Part shown: positions 60,687 through 64,000 of the stretch, piece by piece
How positions within the stretch are numbered: position 1 is the first letter of the stretch
Layout of the letters: the number at the start of each line of letters is the position of its first letter
NCBI GenBank assembly: GCA_002269645.1
Contig: NIVC01001334.1
Location: 186,001 to 250,000, forward strand
From: Macrostomum lignano
Lineage: Eukaryota
DNA length: 64,000 nt
Direction of reading: 5' to 3'
Position numbers and translations under genes: made by a program
The notes under the pieces: model-generated
Seen by the model: only the letters and a program-made list of their open reading frames with translations
What the model was told of the DNA's origin: nothing
The model's database searches: none

Positions 60687-61278
60687 ACCGCAGCGGTGCC
60701 GCCCGCAGGCGCAGCTGCAGTCGGAGTCAGACCGGCTGAAGTCAGTCCAGTCGGAGTTGCAGGCAGCCGCGGCCAGCCGTCACGAGCTCGAAGACCGGCT
60801 GCAGCGCCAGCGGGAGGAGGCCGCCGAGGCGGAGGCGGCTCTGCGCTCAGCAGAGGTGGAGCTGAAGGCCCGCCTTGGCCGAAGCGAGTGCGAAGCGGCG
60901 GAGCTGAAGAACCGGGCGGCCTTCCTGCAGGTGGAGCTGCAGAACGCCATGAGCGTGCAGAAGGACTTTGTCGAGCTGTCGCAGTCTCTGCAGGTTCAGC
61001 TGGAGGGTCTCCGCCAGCAGGACACGGCCGAGGTCCGCTGGCAGTTCCCCGAGGACGCCGCCGCCTGCCACTCGTGCCAGCGGAAGTTCGCCGCCTCAGC
61101 CAAGCCGCGCCGCTGCCTGCACTGCGTGCGGCTCTTCTGCCAGGCCTGCACCGACAAGACGGTGCCCGCTGGGCCCTGCCGGCGGCCCGCCAACGTCTGC
61201 AGCGTCTGCCACACCATGCTAGTGAAGGACGCGGCGCCTTACTTCAGCGACAAGGCGCCTTCGCTGACTCAGCAATGA
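54363..61278 (+). CDS. RABEP1: Rabaptin-5 (Rab5/Rab4 effector) with C-terminal FYVE-type zinc finger, ~824 aa
   Basis: Exons 54363-54595, 55239-55632, 56780-57019, 57493-57876, 59462-59868, 60161-60392, 60694(or 60709)-61278 (2475 nt; phases 2,0,0,0,2,0). Motifs match Rabaptin-5: EFSEQRATMKELYLQKE (cf. EFNQKRAKFKELYLAKE), LKSIVAPYQEEVASLKSRL, CELCRNYEAQLQ (cf. CDMCSNYEKQLQ), VQKDFVELSQSLQVQLE (cf. VQRDFVKLSQTLQVQLE). Confidence 0.93.
54645..55256 (+). repeat. 34-bp minisatellite GGTAGAGTCCCTTCATCACCCATTGCAGACAGGA (~17 copies) whose last unit is the real intron 1 / exon 2 junction
   Basis: Directly visible; exon 2 starts at 55239 inside the last unit. Confidence 0.95.
55712..56755. repeat. 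30-bp minisatellite AGACTAGCAATCCATCAATTCTCATGAGCT (~35 copies), RABEP1 intron 2
   Basis: Directly visible. Confidence 0.97.
57040..57440. repeat. Degenerate AAATCCCAGATCCC-type repeat, RABEP1 intron 3
   Basis: Recurrent AAATCCC / CAGATCCC / AAGCCAAAT motifs. Confidence 0.85.
57912..58435. repeat. 32-34-bp minisatellite GGATTGCTAGTCTGTGCTGTGGGATTTGAATG (~16 copies), RABEP1 intron 4
   Basis: Directly visible. Confidence 0.96.
58796..59410. repeat. 24-bp minisatellite GTCCCAGCAATGACCCAAACCACA (~25 copies), RABEP1 intron 4
   Basis: Directly visible. Confidence 0.96.
59884..60136. repeat. 36-bp minisatellite GCATTAGTCAGCTGTGCTCAACCATTGCAGCTAAAT (~7 copies), RABEP1 intron 5
   Basis: Directly visible. 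Confidence 0.96.
60408..60684. repeat. (TCTG)n microsatellite, RABEP1 intron 6
   Basis: Directly visible. Confidence 0.98.
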
Positions 61279-61304
61279 ACAGCTGGACAGGAGAGCGGAG
61301 CGGA

Positions 61305-61710
61305 TCGGGGATTTGGGATCTATGAACTTGGGAATTTAAGATTTGGGATCTGCGATTGGGGATCTCAGATTTTGGATCTGTGATTGGAGATCTCAGATTT
61401 GGGATCTGTGATTGGGGATCTCAGATTTGGGATCTGTGATTGGAGAACTCAGATTTGGGATCTGTGATTGGAGAACTCAGATTTAGGATCTGTGATTAAG
61501 GTCTCAGATTTGGGATCTGTGATTGGAGAACTCAGATTTGGGATCTGTGATTGGAGATCTCGGATTCGGGATCTGTGATTAAGGTCTCAGATTTGGGATC
61601 TGTGATTGGGGATCTCAGATTGGGGATCTGTGCTTGGAGAACTCAGATTTGGGATCTGTGATTGGGGATCTCAGATTGGGGATCTGTGCTTGGAGAACTC
61701 AGATTTGGGG
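61305..61710. repeat. 28-bp minisatellite GGGATCTGTGATTGGAGATCTCAGATTT (~14 copies) just after the RABEP1 stop
   Basis: Directly visible. Confidence 0.93.
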
Positions 61711-62099
61711 TGCACTGTAGAGATTCGAGATGAGGATCTAAGATTTGAGTTTACTGGTTGAGGATCTTGTCTAATTTTGAATCAGAAACGGATCCTAAGG
61801 GATTTTAAGTTGTACGCTCGTACGTGCAGATCTCTCGATCGTTCCTTGCCCCCTGACTTCATAATGCGGTTCCTCCGCCTCGTTCTCCAAAGACATCCGT
61901 CTTTTGGCCTTGTCGCATTTGCCGATCAAAGAGCCCGTAATTTGACCGTGCCAGTTTCCTGATCTTGCGTATTCTTACCTTATATTAGCATGCTTCATGA
62001 GAAATATTAACCATTTTTATTCCACTAAGGTGCGCTGCTGCCTGCTGAGCCTGCTCCCTATTCTTTCTCCTGGGCTTGGGGTTCGATTCACATGACATG

Positions 62100-62290
62100 C
62101 ATTAGTTATGTATACATTATGTATGCATGACATATGTATTAGTATGTATACATTATGTATACTTGACATATGTATTAGTATAATACATTATGCAAACATG
62201 ATATGTATCAGTATGTATACATTATGCATACATCACATACATGTATGTATTAGTATACATACATTATGTATACTTGACAAATGTATTAGT
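62100..62290. repeat. Degenerate ~36-bp TATGTATACATTATGTAT..GACATATGTATTAG repeat
   Basis: About five diverged copies. Confidence 0.8.
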
Positions 62291-64000
62291 CGCTTGATTA
62301 CCACGGTTTCATTACATGATTCACCCTATCGGATGCCGACTTTCCTACCTGTGCTGAAGGCGTTGTTAATGTAGTCGGATTTATCGCTGTGATTAGCCAA
62401 AATCAGTTTATTGATGAATATTCCTCCTGTCTGTATGTTTAGTCTGATGGTTACTTAATGCATTGTTTTTTATTCATAAGTGGCTCTGCTGCATGTCCCA
62501 GTACATTTGATGCAGTAACGCTTTGGTGAGACTAATAAATGTAATATTTTTGCCATTCATAAATATTATTGAACTATTCACTTATTGCTAAACTAAAACA
62601 TATTGATGCTAAAGTCTTGGCTTGGTTATTTTTGGCCCATCAATTATGGGATCTTCGAGAGCGGTTGGTGCAGTAGCTGAACAGCACTTAAAATGGATAC
62701 TTTCAAAACCAGTCACCAGTCACCAGAATTATTTGTACTCAAAAAAAATCACAAAAATTGTCAGCTTAGGAAACCAGTTTCTCAATATTTGGCTCCAGAA
62801 AATTAATAATGAGTTCATGTATATTATTCACAGAGTCAAAGATAAAGATAGGAGAGCCAATGTTAGACTAAGGATTTTGATTGATAATGAAGAAAACAGC
62901 ATTTTCAATGACATATAATTATGCACAGCATGAAGCAAATTGAATAATGAAAACTTACAACTTAAACAAGAGAAACGAATCTAATGAGCACTATTTAAAG
63001 TATTAAAATTGTCATTCAATTTAATAAGCAATTATGGCAAAATTATAAGATGACTCATTTTATCCAATAAGATTTAGAAATTTTTATGCTGTTAGACTAC
63101 ACAATCACACATAATACTAAAATGCATACTAAGAAACCAGATTATATAGATTAAACAAAAGATTTTTGAGGCACCAGGCACAAACATACTTATTTAACAG
63201 CAAAAAAATGAAAATTATATTTCATTTATTAAATACCATTTATACTGGTAGACACACTTAAATAAATCAAGGCAGAAAATGAAGAAATGTAAAAATGTAC
63301 TTAAATTTTTAGTTTTTTTACAAGCAGATTTTATTGTTAAGAATTACAGTTCTAAAAATTGGCAAAGTTGGAGACAAAATTTAACATAAATTGTATTTAA
63401 ACAGATAGAAAATGGTATTAATGTTAATTAATTTAAATTATTCTTTATCTTTTCTTGATGAGAAAACTCTGAAGGCTCCAATTGAGTAGTAGTATCAAAA
63501 ATTATAATTAAATAACAAAGATGATGAATTAGATTATTTTTAATGGCTTTAGTGATCTCAAGCTGCCTATCTGGGCAATTAAATTGTAGCCCAGAAATAT
63601 ACATTAATTAAAAATATAAAAGTCCATTTATACTCACTCGTATATGACTGTATATTTATAGAGCAATGTTATTACAAAACTTAGATACTAGATATGATAT
63701 ATTTCATGCTTAGCTATTTAATCACAATGTAAAACCAATACTGCAATAGTGTAAAACTGTATATCAGTACTATAAATCAAGTAGGCCTATTAACTGTATA
63801 AAATATTAAAGTATTCTATGATACTTAAAGTTAAAAATCAAGTGTCAATTTTATAGGCCTAATTGAACTAGCTATTGAGACTAAGTTTATTGAGGACTGG
63901 ATATTGAGTGAATCAACTTGGACTAACTTAAAGAAAGCTAAAAATAAGGCTTATTGGATCCTGCTAGCCATTGCTGCTGCTTCTGGTGCTGGTGCTGCTG

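Noticed and set aside
57434-61325. Numerous antisense and alternative-frame ORFs over the RABEP1 exons (likewise over HR96 and the FReD gene)
   Set aside because: Shadow ORFs of GC-rich coding exons or (TCTG)n translations; no independent motifs
63960-64000. GC-rich GCT/GGT triplet stretch at the right edge, possibly the start of an exon
   Set aside because: Too short and cut off by the window to support a call

Overview
Eukaryotic (metazoan) genomic DNA with GC-rich spliced exons, GT-AG introns and a very high load of intronic minisatellites. The style resembles a free-living flatworm such as Macrostomum; this is an inference, not a database result. Five multi-exon genes can be rebuilt by hand with splice phases checked. 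(1) A giant polycystin-1-like (PKD1L/REJ) receptor on +, entering from the left edge (1-~17.2 kb; about 3,700 codons in the window). It has a mosaic ectodomain (discoidin, C-type lectin, PAN, discoidin, fibrinogen-like, EB/EGF, three Cys repeats, PKD repeats, REJ), a degenerate GPS preceded by a furin-like RVKR site, and two apparent 1-nt frame breaks. (2) An HR96/DAF-12-type nuclear receptor on - (25773-23262). (3) A Wnt on + (32689-37939) with a shifted cysteine pattern and a 19-R/K linker. (4) A secreted PAN + fibrinogen-domain lectin-like gene on - (41409-39929). (5) Rabaptin-5 with a degenerate C-terminal FYVE finger on + (54363-61278). Also present are an orphan single-exon ORF, a tRNA-derived SINE, a fold-back element, a MITE, a probable Merlin transposase scrap and many satellites. 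Most long ORFs in the supplied track are tandem-repeat artefacts. The most striking unexplained structure is in the Rabaptin-5 introns. One minisatellite is a roughly 17-fold amplification of the 3' splice site plus exon start. Two other arrays share a 13-nt core in opposite orientation and bracket an in-frame exon pair, which predicts exon skipping or circRNA formation.
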